Shown: positions 62,745 through 64,000 of the stretch, in pieces
Layout of the letters: every line of letters begins with the position of its first letter
Position numbering within the stretch: position 1 is the first letter of the stretch
NCBI RefSeq assembly: GCF_006345805.1
Contig: NC_043006.1
Coordinates: 6,324,001-6,388,000, forward strand
Reading direction: 5' to 3'
Origin: Octopus sinensis
Lineage: Eukaryota
DNA length: 64,000 nucleotides
The notes under the pieces: generated by a model
Seen by the model: only the letters and a program-made list of their open reading frames with translations
Told to the model about the DNA's origin: nothing
Databases searched by the model: none
Made by a program: the position numbers and the translations under genes

Positions 62745-63733
62745 AATAATAATAATGTTCGTCCTTCGGGTTTGAAGATGACCACTGACATCATCTGGTG
62801 GAACTGCCGCTATGAGACCGGAGGTGGCTGGTGAGGCCAACCCGGGCAAGGAAGCCCCTCCCACTGGTGGGGCAGAAGTGGCTAGGGGCCGTGCTACTGG
62901 TGCAGGCGGCTCTGGCTTTCCGCATCTGGCGTTTCTGCTCTGCTGACCGAATCCGTCCCTCCTCGGCTGTCCCTGCTCCCACGGTGATTGCGCTGCGCCA
63001 GGATGAGCGGTTGGCAGCAAGTGTCTCTCAGGTCTCTGTGCTGATGGAGAAGTCTTTGAGAGAGACCTTGAGACTGTCCTTGAAGCGCTTCTTCTGCCCT
63101 CCGACTTTGCGTTTGCCCTGGCTGAGTTCACCGTAGAAGAGCTGTTTTGGGATGCGAGTGTCGGACATGCGGGAGACGTGGCCCGCCCATCTCAGCTGGG
63201 CCTTGCGCATGATCGTGATGGTGCTAGGGAGATCTGCCTGCTTCAGAACTTCCGTGTCTGGGACTTTGTCCTGCCAGCGGATATGAAGGAGGTTCCGAAG
63301 ACACCTGAGGTGGAAGTGGTTTATCTGGCGCTCGTGCCTTCGGTAAGCAGTCCACGTCTCGCAGCCGTATAGTAGGGTGGTAAGCACGACTGCCCGGTAG
63401 ACTTTCAGCTTGGTGTTGAGGCTGATTCCTCTCCGCTCCCAGACTTTCTTTCGCAGTCTCCCAAACGCACTGCTTGCCTTGGAGATTCTGTTGATGGTTT
63501 CAGCATCTATGTTGGCATTGCAGGAGAGAGTGCTGCCCAGGTAGGTGAAGTTTTCCACCGCTCGTAGGATCCGTCTGTTCACCTTTATCTGAGGCTCATG
63601 GTATTGTTTGCCGGGGGCTGGCTGAAACATCACTTCGGTTTTCTTGGCACTGATGGTGAGACCGAAGTTGTCACAGGCTGATGAGAACCTGTCCATCTCG
63701 AGCTGCATCTCCTGCTCATCGATTGCATTAAGG
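62745..63733 (-). mobile_element. BovB-like RTE LINE 3' part with (ATT)n tail
   Basis: ORF 63028-63708 (GLTISAKKT, FTYLGS, LLYGCETW, LRWAGHV) with one TGA at a conserved Trp, then a C-terminal CPT..GRGF..RVGLTSH zinc-finger-like end. Confidence 0.9.
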
Positions 63734-64000
63734 AATCATTCAGGGACACAGTTCATTCCATCGCCCTTGAAACTCTAGGCCAAGTTATGAGGAACCACCA
63801 GGACTGGTTCGACGAAAACGACCAGGAAATCCAAAAGCTCCTGGAAGAGAAACGCCGTCTGCTGCGGGCTCACCAAAATGACACCACCTGCACGGCAAAG
63901 AAGGCTGCTTTCAACAACATTCGCAGCACAGTCCAGGCTAAACTCCGCCTCATGCAAGACGCATGGTTAAGCGCCAAGGCGGATGAGATTCAGGGATACG
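63730..64000 (+). mobile_element. Inverted upstream segment of an RTE ORF (post-endonuclease region)
   Basis: Open frame KESFRDTVHSIALETLGQVMRNHQDWFDENDQEIQKLLEEKRR...WLSAKADEIQGY starting at the junction with the - strand segment. Confidence 0.82.

Overview
AT-rich, repeat-dense eukaryotic genomic DNA. The repeat landscape ((ATG)n-tailed RTE ends, tRNA-headed SINEs, kb-scale (TA)n arrays) suggests a coleoid cephalopod such as Octopus; this is an inference and was not database-checked. Host genes: (1) two convergent, intronless histone H3.3 genes (3494-3904 +, 7568-7978 -) inside a 748-bp inverted duplication with one visible mismatch. Each has a TATA/CCAAT promoter and a replication-dependent-type 3' stem-loop, which is unusual for the H3.3 replacement variant. 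(2) A methylmalonyl-CoA mutase gene (MMUT, + strand) with 15 phase-consistent GT-AG coding exons from 18983 to 62056 (635 codons); the start exon is unresolved and the last exon(s) lie beyond the window. The rest is mobile DNA: RTE and CR1-type LINEs, SINEs, mariner remnants, piggyBac-, TcMar- and Helitron-like non-autonomous elements, palindromes and microsatellites. Best leads: the stem-loop H3.3 pair with signs of concerted evolution; a minimal hammerhead ribozyme motif in an MMUT intron; a CR1 ORF1 combining a Myb/SANT-like helix, polyQ and two CCCH fingers; a SINE/LINE shared 3' hairpin with compensatory changes; a twin-priming-type inverted RTE; and several long intronic hairpins. Repeat boundaries were read by eye and are approximate unless TIRs or TSDs are quoted.
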